The position numbers and the translations under genes are program-made. Under the pieces are notes generated by a model. The model saw only the letters and a program-made list of their open reading frames with translations. It had not been told where the DNA came from and did no database searches. This document shows positions 44,441 through 54,254 of a stretch of DNA of 64,000 nt, in pieces. Origin of the DNA: an uncultured Enterobacterales bacterium (GTDB lineage: Bacteria; Myxococcota_A; UBA796; CAJQPC01); NCBI GenBank assembly GCA_964604165.1, contig CAZRYF010000011.1, forward strand, positions 21,552 to 85,551, read 5' to 3'. Each line of letters begins with the position of its first letter. Positions within the stretch are counted from its first letter, which is position 1.

Positions 44441-44690
44441 TTCCCAATTTTGTTTCCGCTCTAAAGGTTGCTGTGAGCATTTTTTCTGCCTGGAGGCCGA
44501 AGTGAATCGTCGCATTCTTGTCCCTCTTGTTGTCCTGGTTGGCCTCATCGGCGTCGGAAGTCTCCTCGAATACACCGGCCGCATGGGGTCTCGCTCCGGC
44601 ACCGGATGAGCCGCGGGACTCTCCGGGTACGCCGGCGGATGCGCGGGAAGCATCGGCGATCTGCCTGCGGAGCTCCCGGAAGACATTGAG

Positions 44691-46358
44691 TTGGGTTTGG
44701 CCCTGCCCAAGAGCACAGGGGGAGACGCTCCTGAGATTGACATCGACGCGGATGTGATCCCCGGCCAGTTCACCATCAAGTTCAGGGATCGAGCCTCCCT
44801 CCCAGACCTGGCCAGAATCGGAGCCGCCGCGAGGCTTGGTACCGGCAACGATGATCTGGACGTTGTCCTCGTAGACCTGCCGGGATTTCACATGCAGGGG
44901 CTGCTGGAAGACAAGGCGGATGATCTGCAGCCTGGACAGGACTTTGGGCTGGAGCGAGCCTTCTTGCTGGAGACAGATCTCGATGCAAAGGATGTGTTCC
45001 AGCAGCTGAACCGCTTCCAGGAGATCGAGTGGATCGAACCCGTACGCCAGGTGCAAGCTCTGGGTTCGGCCCCCAACGATCCCTACTACGGATTCCAGTG
45101 GAACATGTCGCTTCAGGGCGTTTCGACGGCCTGGGACAACAGCAGAGGCGACGGGGCAGTCGTGGCCGTGATTGACACGGGAGTCACCTCGGGACCCGAC
45201 GGAATCTCCAACCTGCTGGCCGGCTACGACTTTGTCGATAATGACACCGATGCATCCGACGAAAACGGGCATGGCACCCACGTGGCGGGCACCATTGCCC
45301 AGAACACAAACAACGGGGTCGGCGTCGCAGGCATGGCGCCGGACGCCTCGATTCTTCCAGTGCGCGTACTGGATGCGGACGGAGTGGGCAGCACAGCTGG
45401 CGTGGCCCAGGGCGTTCTTTGGGCCGCAAGCCAAGGCGCACACATCATCAATTTGAGCCTTGGGGGCGACAGCTACTCCCAAGTGTTGGCGGACGCCATT
45501 GATGACGTCACAGCCATGGGCGTCTTGGTGGTCGCAGCCACCGGAAACGAGGACTACCAGAACTTTGTCGCCTTTCCAGGCTCCTTGTCCAACACCTTGG
45601 CAGTGGGCGCAACCGGTCTGAACCAGACCCGGGCGCCCTACAGCAACCGGGGCCCGGAGATTGAATTGAGCGCCCCGGGGGGAGACTTGACTGTGGATGC
45701 AGACGGCGATGGCTACCCAGACGGAATCCTTCAAGAAACCACTGTCGACGGCCAGACCAGCTACTGGTTCTTTGAAGGCACGTCCATGGCCACTCCCCAT
45801 GTGTCCGCAGCAGCCGCCCTGCTGTACGGCCAGGGCATGACCCACCCGGACGAGATTCGTTCCTTGCTCATCAGCAGTGCTGACGACCTGGCCGGTGCAG
45901 GGTGGGACTCAGGAACGGGCTTCGGGGGCCTGAACGTCATGAGCGCCATGGAGGCGGCCATCGCCCAACAGGAACAGGCCGAAGAGGAGGTGGATGAGGA
46001 GGTGGATGAAGAAGAAGAGGAAGCCTCCCAAGACCCGGAGACCGAAGCCCCCCTGCCCGGCGAACCCACCAAAGGAAGTGAGGGAGAGATCTGGAAGGTG
46101 CGGGTCCACCTGCTGAACCCCTACACCGCGGCGGTCCGCTGGATGACCACAATGCCCGGGACGACCGAGTACAGTGGTCTTGACGGCATCACCGTTGTGA
46201 GCAAGGAGCGTTCGCGCATCCACAAGGTGCTGGTCAAGGTAGAAGAGGATGTCGGTGAGGAGATCACGGTGATCTCCAGGTTCAACTCGCCCCCAAACAC
46301 CATGGCCACCGCTACCCGAGAAATCCACTTTGGAGGGGAACAAACCGAGAGCGAGTAG
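44691..46358 (+). CDS. Subtilisin-like S8 serine protease (body; a signal peptide lies upstream across an in-frame TGA at 44607-44609, so the possible full gene is 44502..46358)
   Basis: Catalytic triad motifs VAVIDTG, HGTHVAG and GTSMATPHV, with an I9-like propeptide. The listed ORF has no signal peptide. GTG 44502 (GGAGG 5 nt upstream) encodes MNRRILVPLVVLVGLIGVGSLL in the same frame. Confidence 0.85.
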   Translation: MGLALPKSTGGDAPEIDIDADVIPGQFTIKFRDRASLPDLARIGAAARLGTGNDDLDVVLVDLPGFHMQGLLEDKADDLQPGQDFGLERAFLLETDLDAKDVFQQLNRFQEIEWIEPVRQVQALGSAPNDPYYGFQWNMSLQGVSTAWDNSRGDGAVVAVIDTGVTSGPDGISNLLAGYDFVDNDTDASDENGHGTHVAGTIAQNTNNGVGVAGMAPDASILPVRVLDADGVGSTAGVAQGVLWAASQGAHIINLSLGGDSYSQVLADAIDDVTAMGVLVVAATGNEDYQNFVAFPGSLSNTLAVGATGLNQTRAPYSNRGPEIELSAPGGDLTVDADGDGYPDGILQETTVDGQTSYWFFEGTSMATPHVSAAAALLYGQGMTHPDEIRSLLISSADDLAGAGWDSGTGFGGLNVMSAMEAAIAQQEQAEEEVDEEVDEEEEEASQDPETEAPLPGEPTKGSEGEIWKVRVHLLNPYTAAVRWMTTMPGTTEYSGLDGITVVSKERSRIHKVLVKVEEDVGEEITVISRFNSPPNTMATATREIHFGGEQTESE

Positions 46359-46404
46359 GCTCAAGTATTGCACGAGGGGTCCGTATTCAAACACGGAGGT
46401 TCCC

Positions 46405-47802
46405 GTGCACCGCATTTCCCTGTGCACCATTGCCCGGGATGAAGAACAGCTTCTTCCCGCATGTCTCGCCTCGGTCAAGGAGGCCGTGGACGAGATGATT
46501 GTGGTGGACACGGGCAGCCAGGACGCCACCGTCGCAGTGGCCATAGAGTCGGGTGCCGTTGTGGTGCACCACCTCTGGCGCGACGACCCTGCGGCAGCCC
46601 GCAATGCCGCCCTGGATGCTGCAAGCAGCGACTGGATCCTGGTGTTGGATGCGGATGAGGCCCTGGCACCCGGCGCAGCGGTCACCCTGCGGGAGGCAGT
46701 CGCCTCGGAAACCCTGGTGTGCGGCCTGCTGCCAGTCATCGAGTCAGACTCCCTGGAGGCAAGCATGGAAGATGTGCTCCAGGGAAACGCCGAAATGGGT
46801 GTCCCCACCTATCTTCCCCGCCTCTTTCGACGGGTCAACGACCTTCACTGGGTCGACGGCACACAGCAGCCCCTTGCAGAGTGGCTGGAGAAGCACGCCC
46901 TACGGACCCAGCGAATTGCCGCCCCCATCGTGCACTACGGATGGGCTCGGGATCGAAACCTCGGCCATGAGGAGGACGGAAACATCCGTGACCTTCAAAA
47001 GGAAGTGCAACGACGCCCCCAGGAGTGGCTTCCCCGCGCCCACCTGGCAGAGGCCCTCTTCGATCAGGGCCTCATCCGAGAGGCAAGCGCTGAGATCGAT
47101 ATCTCCTGGACTCTGCTCCAGACCGCCTGGAGGCTCCGCCACAACCAGGCCTCCACCCCAAGGGGAACCACCAAAGTCTCTCACCTGCGGGCTGCAGTCC
47201 AGCTTCAACAGGGAGAATGCGCAGTGGCCCTGGAGACCCTGCGGGAGGCCAGGAAGATGGGGGCTATCCACCCGAACCTGGACTTCCTGTACGCCCTCGC
47301 CCACGAGCAGCTTGCTCGCTGGGCTGTACTCCCGTCCGCCCGTCAAGATCACCTTGCCAACGCCCGAGAGCGGTTTGTGGCCGCCATTTCACAGCACGGG
47401 AGAAGCTACGCTGAGCCCCTTCAGCACGGCGTCACCAGCTGGAGCGCAGGAACCCGCCTGGGGACAGTACTGTTGCAGGAAGGACAGGTAGACCGGGCCA
47501 GGCGCTGCTTCAAGGCAGCCGCACGACGCTCCCCCGATCCCCTGGACGCCATGCTGGGCCTCTCCGAGGCGCTCCTGGACCTGGATCGTCCCCAGGAAGC
47601 CCTGGATGCACTTGCACCCTACCTGAACCAGGACACTGCAGACGCCTGGCTGCTGGCAGCGGACGCCTATCTTCGCCTGGGGCAACAGGACGAATTCAGC
47701 AACTGCTTGTCCGAAGCCTGGAAGCTGGCAGACACAAGCCTCCGAGCCCTGCATCGAATGGAGCGGTTGGAAGCGCTCACGGACACGCCCAAGGCGAGCT
47801 GA
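46405..47802 (+). CDS. Family-2 glycosyltransferase fused to TPR repeats
   Basis: GTG 46405 (GGAGG upstream). Motifs ISLCTIARDEE, IVVDTGSQD and LDADE mark GT2. The C-terminal half is TPR-like. Confidence 0.75.
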   Translation: MHRISLCTIARDEEQLLPACLASVKEAVDEMIVVDTGSQDATVAVAIESGAVVVHHLWRDDPAAARNAALDAASSDWILVLDADEALAPGAAVTLREAVASETLVCGLLPVIESDSLEASMEDVLQGNAEMGVPTYLPRLFRRVNDLHWVDGTQQPLAEWLEKHALRTQRIAAPIVHYGWARDRNLGHEEDGNIRDLQKEVQRRPQEWLPRAHLAEALFDQGLIREASAEIDISWTLLQTAWRLRHNQASTPRGTTKVSHLRAAVQLQQGECAVALETLREARKMGAIHPNLDFLYALAHEQLARWAVLPSARQDHLANARERFVAAISQHGRSYAEPLQHGVTSWSAGTRLGTVLLQEGQVDRARRCFKAAARRSPDPLDAMLGLSEALLDLDRPQEALDALAPYLNQDTADAWLLAADAYLRLGQQDEFSNCLSEAWKLADTSLRALHRMERLEALTDTPKAS

Positions 47803-48756
47803 TCACCGGGCGCGGGCCACCACGGTCAGGATGTCCCCTCCCCCCGCACGGTTCAGCAGAGGCGCCAGCAGAATGTCGAGCGCTGCTGCAACCGGCAGGA
47901 AGGCCAATCCCAGGCACACGACGGGCAACCTGACCCCCCAGTTCCGGGCGTGTCGACTTTGGCTCCCCACCGTGTGTCGCACCAGGAGGATCAGGGTCGC
48001 AAGCCACGTGGCCGGGTAGCCAGACGTGTGTTGGGACACCACATCGAATCCGTGCTGCTCCAGGAGAACCTGAAGGCCCTCCCTGGAGAACAACTGAAGA
48101 TGCTGAGGCGGAAGGTGCGGCCAATACCATCTTCCAAACAAGCGCCGCGCCCAGCCATCCAAGCGCGGAACCTCCACCTGGAGAACCCCCCCCACGGACA
48201 ACAGCGCGTGGGCTTTGGACAGGAATGCACCCGGATCAGGCAGGTGCTCCAGCAGGTGGTTCATGGAGAGCAGATCGACCGAACCCGCATCCTGCTCCAG
48301 GTCTTCAAACGGCTGGGCCAGAATTCGAACGCCTTGCTTCTTTGCGGCCTCAGCGGCCTGGGGCGAGGTGTCTACCCCGATGGCTTCCGCATCTGGAAAG
48401 GCCGCAGCCAACCTGGCCAGGTAGAATCCCAGGCCCGCCCCCACATCCATGACCCTGGAGGGGACCCCCTCCAAGGCACGTCGAATGGCCCGGACCCGCC
48501 GCTTCTGCAGCCTCTGCTCAAAGGCGCTCTCCCCGACCCGGCGCATGATCTCCGTGTTCTGCGGCGTGTAGAGCGCAGCGTAGAAGGCAGCAAGGGCGGC
48601 GTTCGTCGGACGTGGATCCAGGTAGCCATGGCCGCAGGCAACACAGCAGACAAAGGGCCACTCCCCTTTCTCGCCCAGGACCAGGTCTCGCACCGGGTAC
48701 AGCGGGCGGGATGCGGTCCCCTGGCAGACCGCACAGGTGGCGGGTTGGGTGTCCAC
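47803..48756 (-). CDS. Class I SAM-dependent methyltransferase with N-terminal Cys4 knuckle
   Basis: CAVC...CCVAC at the N-terminus, then VMDVGAGLGFY (motif I) and LSMNHLLEHLPDP. Confidence 0.8.
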   Translation of the reverse strand: MDTQPATCAVCQGTASRPLYPVRDLVLGEKGEWPFVCCVACGHGYLDPRPTNAALAAFYAALYTPQNTEIMRRVGESAFEQRLQKRRVRAIRRALEGVPSRVMDVGAGLGFYLARLAAAFPDAEAIGVDTSPQAAEAAKKQGVRILAQPFEDLEQDAGSVDLLSMNHLLEHLPDPGAFLSKAHALLSVGGVLQVEVPRLDGWARRLFGRWYWPHLPPQHLQLFSREGLQVLLEQHGFDVVSQHTSGYPATWLATLILLVRHTVGSQSRHARNWGVRLPVVCLGLAFLPVAAALDILLAPLLNRAGGGDILTVVARAR

Positions 48757-48763
48757 CTTCTTC

Positions 48764-51328
48764 CTAGGGGTTCATCCCTTCATCGATCCAGGTGGAGATC
48801 ATATCCAGCTCTGACTGGCTGAAAGTGCTGCTGGCGTTTTTTGGCATCTGGGTTCCAGCACTGGTCCCTTCCAGCTTCAACCAGAGCAGGCTGGTCTCAT
48901 GGCATCCCACGTCCACGCGACTCGAAAGCTCCGTGAATGCATCGGAGGAGGATCCGGACAAGGTCAACCCGCCGCTTGTCCCGTGGCAGGACGCCGTGCA
49001 GCTGGCCGCGCTGTTGTTCGACCAGAGACTGTGGATATCGGAGGCATAGCTGTAGGTGGGCGTACTGGAGGTACAAGCTGCGTTGGCGGCTCCGGGGGTG
49101 CCAAGGTCGCCGCTTCCAATGTCAGCGTCCGCATCGCACCAGCTGTCGTAGCTGTCGTTGTCTGCAGCCGTAAGAAGCGTCACATCCAGTGCCATGGCCG
49201 CCCCTGGCGCACTTCGAAATCCCCCGCACTCCCAGCTGACCGAGTCGATGTCGATGGACCCGTTGTTCAGGGTCAAGTCGTCTCCTGAGTTCACAAGGTT
49301 GCTGAAAGCGCTGCCGTACTCGTAGTCCACGGTGACGCCACCGTTGGTCGCTGCATCCGCGTTGTTGCCCAAGACCACGTACCCGCCGTCCACAAGGGAG
49401 AGCGCCCCGCTCACGGTGAACGAGGTGGCCGTGCTGACGGTGCTGCTCACCACCAGTCCGTCCAGGTCCACATCCGCCCCGCTGGCGTTGTAGATTTCGA
49501 ACCACTCCCCGTCGGAGTTGTTGACCGCCGATGGATCCGACATCACCTCGGTGATGACCAGATCGCCTGTGGTGAGATCTGAGACCCCGTTGAGCGCATC
49601 CGAACCCGAGCAGTCCTCGTCAACCCCATTCTGCGGAATGTCCGTGTTCCCGGGGAATTGGTTCGCGCCCCCGTTGCTTGGGTCATCGTTGCAGTCCGTG
49701 TTGTCCGCCACGGTGCCCGAGGGCTGCTCACACGACGCCTGGCCCGGGTCTGTCTCATCGCCAAACCCATCCACATCCGCATCCGGGTACCAGTCGGTGG
49801 TGCCGGTCACGCCGGCGTCGTTGTCGTCCGCTGCGCCGCTACAGTCCTCGTCGGTATCCAGTGCGTCGCAGACCTCCGCCGCGCTCGGGTTGACCCCTGT
49901 GGCCTGGTCATTACAGTCGTTCGCGTTGGCCACGTAGCCGCTGGGAGCGGAAGAATCGCAGTTGTCCAGGGTACTTACTGGGTCTCCGTAGCCATCCCCA
50001 TCAGAATCCTCGTACCAGGTGGTTCCCAGGTAGGTGGTCCCATCTGCGGGATCGATGTCCACGAGTCCATCGCAGTCGTTGTCGATGCCGTCGCAGACCT
50101 CTGTGGCGTCTGGCTTCACGTTGGCGTCTGTGTCGTCGCACTCCTCGCAGGCAAAGTAGCCATCTGAATCACCGTCCACACTCCCCGAGCTTCCGTCACA
50201 GTTGTAGTCGCCGGGATCCCCACAGGTCTCAGGAGCGCCTGGGTAGTAACTGGCGCCATCGTTGCTGGGATCGTCGTTGCAATCCGTGTTGTCCGCAACC
50301 GTTCCGGAAGGGGCCGCACAAGCAGAAGAGGAGACCGCAGAGTCCCCGAAACCATCGCCGTCTGCATCCGCGTAAAAGGTGCTGTAGGAAGTGACATCCA
50401 CCCCGGCGTCCGCATCGTCTGCTGACCCGTTGCAGTCGTTGTCCACGCCACCATCACAGACCTCCGTGGCGCTGGGGCTGATGTCTGCCAAGCCATCGTT
50501 GCAGTCGTCGCCCCCCTGGGCATCGCTGTCGTGGCCGTCGGCATCCGCGTCATTGTCCGAGAGCCCATCGCAGTCGGAGTCGACTCCGTCATACCAAATC
50601 TCTGCCGCGTCCGGGTTGACCGCTGCATCCGCGTCATCACAGTCGGTGCCATCGCTGGCCTCCGCTGCGCTGTCGAACCCATCCGAATCCGCATCGAATT
50701 CATTTCCCTCGTAGCAGTCCTGGTCAATGCCGTCGTACCAGGTCTCCGGGGCAGCCGGGTAGACATCCGCCGCTGCATCGTCGCAGTCCTCATCCACCGG
50801 AAAGCCATCCGCGTCCGCGTCGTCGTCATCTCCACCGTCACAGTCCTGGTCGATTCCGTCGTACCAGATCTCGTCCACGCTCGGGCTGAACGCAGGATCC
50901 GTGTCATCACAGTCATCCCCGTCATGGTCCTCGCTGTCGTGGCCATCCCCGTCCATGTCGAAGTCCGAGTTTCCTCCGCAGTCCGTGTCCTCGCCGTCGT
51001 ACCAGGTGTCCTCGGCGTCCGGGTTCACATCGGCATTGGCGTCGTCACAGTCTCCTCCCTCCCCGTAGTCGCTGGAGTCGTGACCGTCTCCATCCGCATC
51101 ATAGTCGGAGTCAAAGGCGCAGTCCGAGTCCACGCCGTCGTACCAGGTGTCCTCGGCGTCCGGGTGAATGTCGGCATTTGCATCGTCGCAATCACCGTCC
51201 TCCACGGTCCAGCCATCTTCGTCTGCATCCGCAACAGGATCGCTCTTGCCCGGACCCGGCTCAAGCGTCTGAGGGCAACCAAAAAGAGTGAGCGAAAGAC
51301 CGAGAACAACGAGAGAATGGGCACGCAT
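48764..51328 (-). CDS. Large lipoprotein: MopE-type Cys/Asp metal-binding repeats, lamin-tail domain, PSCyt-like C-terminus
   Basis: The lipobox is LTLFGC. It has many D.DGDG......DC(D/N)D....(V/I).P.A.E.(W/C).DG.D.DC modules. A GEWFEIYN lamin-tail domain follows. The C-terminus is CTASCHG...GGLTL...MP...L...ISTWI. Confidence 0.8.
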   Translation of the reverse strand: MRAHSLVVLGLSLTLFGCPQTLEPGPGKSDPVADADEDGWTVEDGDCDDANADIHPDAEDTWYDGVDSDCAFDSDYDADGDGHDSSDYGEGGDCDDANADVNPDAEDTWYDGEDTDCGGNSDFDMDGDGHDSEDHDGDDCDDTDPAFSPSVDEIWYDGIDQDCDGGDDDDADADGFPVDEDCDDAAADVYPAAPETWYDGIDQDCYEGNEFDADSDGFDSAAEASDGTDCDDADAAVNPDAAEIWYDGVDSDCDGLSDNDADADGHDSDAQGGDDCNDGLADISPSATEVCDGGVDNDCNGSADDADAGVDVTSYSTFYADADGDGFGDSAVSSSACAAPSGTVADNTDCNDDPSNDGASYYPGAPETCGDPGDYNCDGSSGSVDGDSDGYFACEECDDTDANVKPDATEVCDGIDNDCDGLVDIDPADGTTYLGTTWYEDSDGDGYGDPVSTLDNCDSSAPSGYVANANDCNDQATGVNPSAAEVCDALDTDEDCSGAADDNDAGVTGTTDWYPDADVDGFGDETDPGQASCEQPSGTVADNTDCNDDPSNGGANQFPGNTDIPQNGVDEDCSGSDALNGVSDLTTGDLVITEVMSDPSAVNNSDGEWFEIYNASGADVDLDGLVVSSTVSTATSFTVSGALSLVDGGYVVLGNNADAATNGGVTVDYEYGSAFSNLVNSGDDLTLNNGSIDIDSVSWECGGFRSAPGAAMALDVTLLTAADNDSYDSWCDADADIGSGDLGTPGAANAACTSSTPTYSYASDIHSLWSNNSAASCTASCHGTSGGLTLSGSSSDAFTELSSRVDVGCHETSLLWLKLEGTSAGTQMPKNASSTFSQSELDMISTWIDEGMNP

Positions 51329-51411
51329 GAATCAAAAACCTCTGTGACAAAAGCAGGTGGGGGATTTCAACACACCTTGGGCACAGGCGCAAGCGCCTGC
51401 CGGCCCTCGAT

Positions 51412-52575
51412 TCAAGGCGCACTGGACAACACGATCTCAGTAATCTCGGCGGGGGCCCCCAGGCGTATAGGCGGACCCCAGTACCCGGTCCCACAGCTCA
51501 CGTAGACCTGGAGATTTCCTGTGCGGCCCAGGCCGGCCCGAAAGGGCTGCTGGAGGGGCACAAGCAGGTGAAAGGGAAAAACCTGCCCCCCATGGGTGTG
51601 ACCTGAGAGCTGCAGGTGAAAGCCAGCGGCCCGTGCAGCCTCCGCCGTCCGGGGTTGGTGGGCCAGGAGAATTCTAGGACAGTCCCGCGGCGCCCCGTCC
51701 AGAGCTCTCGCGGGATCACAGTGGTGGTGGGGCACAAAGCGTTCCGACTCGTGATCCGGCACGCCAGCCACCACCAACCGGCCCTCTCCCCGGGCGAGGG
51801 TGCGATGTTCCGTGGTCAACACCTCCAGCCCCAAGCGCTCTACCTCGGCACACCACTGCTCGGCTCCGTAGTAGTACTCGTGGTTTCCGGTAATGAAGAA
51901 GACCCCCTCGGCCGCTCGCAGCCCACCCAGAGGGGCCACCAGGCTCCGAAGCTCTCGCGCTGGGCCATCCGCCAGATCGCCTGTGACGACCAAGAGATCG
52001 GGGGCAAGGCTGTTTGCCCTCTCCACCACCTTTTCCAGGCGGTCAGCGCCGACGGTCAGCCCCACGTGCAGATCGCTAAGCTGGACGATTCGAAACCCCT
52101 CCAGGTCTGCATGCAGCCCGGGCAACGTCACTCGCACACGCTTGACCCCCGGCACCCGGCGAGCGTTGAAGATCCCTCTCACCAGGGACACACCCACCCC
52201 AATCAGAACAACGATCGTCGAGAGGTTCTCCCAGTCCGCCCAATTCCGCGCCGGATCAAGAACCTTCAGGCCCCACCACAGCCCGTCTCGCAGAAAGAAC
52301 CCAACGGTCAGCAGCCAGACTGCCCCCAAACCCACATACGCAACCCAGTGCAGGCCCACGGCCGCCCGGGAGTGCCCCCCGTACCTGGAGGCCACAAAAG
52401 TCATGGGCAACAGCAGAAAATGCAGGCCCAGGCAGCCTTGAAGGACCAGCCCCATCGCCCCCCCAAGCCCGCTCCCAATGCGGAAACCCGCAAACCCGTA
52501 CAACAAAGCCGCCAGAGACAGCACAAAGCAGGCGAACAAAACCAAGAGAAACGGCGGTCGGTTCGTAGTCGCCAT
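51412..52575 (-). CDS. Membrane-anchored metallophosphoesterase
   Basis: N-terminal TM helices, then VQLSDLHVG, VTGDLADG, GNHEYY and LSGHTHGGQ. Confidence 0.85.
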   Translation of the reverse strand: MATTNRPPFLLVLFACFVLSLAALLYGFAGFRIGSGLGGAMGLVLQGCLGLHFLLLPMTFVASRYGGHSRAAVGLHWVAYVGLGAVWLLTVGFFLRDGLWWGLKVLDPARNWADWENLSTIVVLIGVGVSLVRGIFNARRVPGVKRVRVTLPGLHADLEGFRIVQLSDLHVGLTVGADRLEKVVERANSLAPDLLVVTGDLADGPARELRSLVAPLGGLRAAEGVFFITGNHEYYYGAEQWCAEVERLGLEVLTTEHRTLARGEGRLVVAGVPDHESERFVPHHHCDPARALDGAPRDCPRILLAHQPRTAEAARAAGFHLQLSGHTHGGQVFPFHLLVPLQQPFRAGLGRTGNLQVYVSCGTGYWGPPIRLGAPAEITEIVLSSAP

Positions 52576-52611
52576 TTGCGCCTCCTATCCGAATCCCCGT
52601 TAGAAGGACCC

Positions 52612-52890
52612 ATGACCTCCCCAAACCAACACGCCCAGCGAATCAAGAGACTGGTGGCCGAGTACGGCCCCGTGGCCATTGGGGTCTACCTTGTGCTGTG
52701 GGCAGCGGTGCTGCTTTGCTTTGGAGGGGCCCTTCTGCTTGGATTTGAGCCGGAAGGCGCATCGGGTGCTGGCGGCATTTTGTTTGCATCCTGGGTCGCC
52801 GTCAAGCTCACACAGCCGGCCCGCATTGCCTTGACCGCAGTGCTTACTCCCGTGGTTGCGCGCTGGCTGCCATCGTCTCGTCCAAGGTAG
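52612..52890 (+). CDS. Small membrane protein (DUF1279-like)
   Basis: Only the last 93 codons of ORF 51616..52890 are used; the rest is antisense to the phosphoesterase gene. It has the EYGPVAIGVYLVLW motif and two TM segments. Confidence 0.5.
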   Translation: MTSPNQHAQRIKRLVAEYGPVAIGVYLVLWAAVLLCFGGALLLGFEPEGASGAGGILFASWVAVKLTQPARIALTAVLTPVVARWLPSSRPR

Positions 52891-52899
52891 ACTCCAGGC

Positions 52900-54234
52900 G
52901 TGCGATGGAAAGCACTCCCATTGGGCTCGCTCTGGATAATGCTCGGACTCTGGGCACCCCGGGCCGAGGCCGCACAAGATCTGGTTCCGCTCAACGGTCC
53001 TGGGCATATCCGCGTGTCCCCGCCGAACGAAGATGCAGCGATTTTCTACCCGGTGGATCCAGGAGCTGATCTTCAGTACGCGTTCACGGGTCCCGGAAAG
53101 GTGGTGATCTGGGTACGAAGCACACGCCCCCCGGACCAACCCTGGATCTACGGCCCCTACCTCCAGATGCCGGTCAAAGCCGATGGCTGGTCTCTCCTGG
53201 AACTGGTGCTTCGACCTCGGCTGACCCCCATGGGAATGGTGGACGGCGAGGGCACTCCCTTCCCCCCCCTCGCCAAGGCGATGCAGATCGATGTGACCGG
53301 GCCTTGTAGCTCCCTGGGCGTAATGGCACCGGGCAATGGTCCCTCGCTGCTCGTACGCGTGGTGGAGGTGGATCCAGGCGATGCACTTCTGGCACAGTCC
53401 AAGCCAGTGACCCCCACGCCCGAAGCCCCCCTAGAAACCCAGGAGCCAGCCGTCGCGGAGGAAGACCCCGACCTCTGGGAGGCCGAAGACACCCTCGCGG
53501 TTTCGATCTTCGAGGAAGAGGATCCCCCCTCGGAGGAAGACGAGGTGACCATCGCTCTTGGAGTGGAGGAGGAGGCGCCCGCAGAGGAGGAATCCGCCGA
53601 TGCCAATGCGCCCCCGCCGGTTCCCCTCGAGCTTCCCGACCTGACCTTTGCCTACCGCCTGGAGCAGACCCTGAACACGGCGCGGGGGGGCGTGCGCCTC
53701 GGACTGGGTGCCCCCATGCGGGGCAACCGGGTCAGCCCCTACATCGGCGGTATCTACAACGTGGATGCCCTGCCCATTCTCTGGGATGGATGGAAAGAAG
53801 CCTGGGGCACAGTAGGGCTCCAGCTGGGGGTGGGCTGGTACCGGGTACGCGTGGTGGACGAGCTGTATTGGCAAGACCCCTACTCCGGGCCGGTCACACT
53901 GGACATCGACTACGCCACAGACGTGGCACCGCTTCAGCTGGACCTTGTGTGGGCGGTGCCCTATTCCTTTCAGGGAGTCACGCCCCAGGTGAGCGCGGGG
54001 GCCAACGTGCTCTACGCCCGCCGCATCGAAGACAAAACCATCCACACAGGCTTCAGCGGAGGAGGGCAGTTCGCTGTCGGTGCCTTCATGAAAGCCGGTC
54101 CGGGGGAGGCTGCTGCAAACATCTGCTGGACGGGCGCCCGCCAGGAATTTGGATTGGTGGATGACTCAGGTGAAATTGCCCGGGAAGGGCTGGGTGTTCT
54201 CAGGTTGGATGCTTCCTTCTTGATCCCATTCTAG
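52900..54234 (+). CDS. Secreted protein, probable outer-membrane beta-barrel
   Basis: GTG start. The signal peptide is ...LWAPRAEAAQD. It has an acidic mid-region. The C-terminal half has alternating beta-strand pattern and ends in ...ASFLIPF (a terminal Phe). Confidence 0.55.
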   Translation: MRWKALPLGSLWIMLGLWAPRAEAAQDLVPLNGPGHIRVSPPNEDAAIFYPVDPGADLQYAFTGPGKVVIWVRSTRPPDQPWIYGPYLQMPVKADGWSLLELVLRPRLTPMGMVDGEGTPFPPLAKAMQIDVTGPCSSLGVMAPGNGPSLLVRVVEVDPGDALLAQSKPVTPTPEAPLETQEPAVAEEDPDLWEAEDTLAVSIFEEEDPPSEEDEVTIALGVEEEAPAEEESADANAPPPVPLELPDLTFAYRLEQTLNTARGGVRLGLGAPMRGNRVSPYIGGIYNVDALPILWDGWKEAWGTVGLQLGVGWYRVRVVDELYWQDPYSGPVTLDIDYATDVAPLQLDLVWAVPYSFQGVTPQVSAGANVLYARRIEDKTIHTGFSGGGQFAVGAFMKAGPGEAAANICWTGARQEFGLVDDSGEIAREGLGVLRLDASFLIPF

Positions 54235-54254
54235 GCCCCTTGACTGTAGGACCC

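Noticed and set aside
44085-45845. 586-aa minus-strand ORF overlapping the SpoIIM-like and S8 protease genes
   Set aside because: It is antisense to a gene with an unambiguous subtilisin catalytic triad, and its composition is shadow-like.
51616-52611. First ~330 codons of ORF 51616..52890
   Set aside because: They are antisense to the metallophosphoesterase gene. Only the last 93 codons, from ATG 52612, form a plausible small membrane protein.
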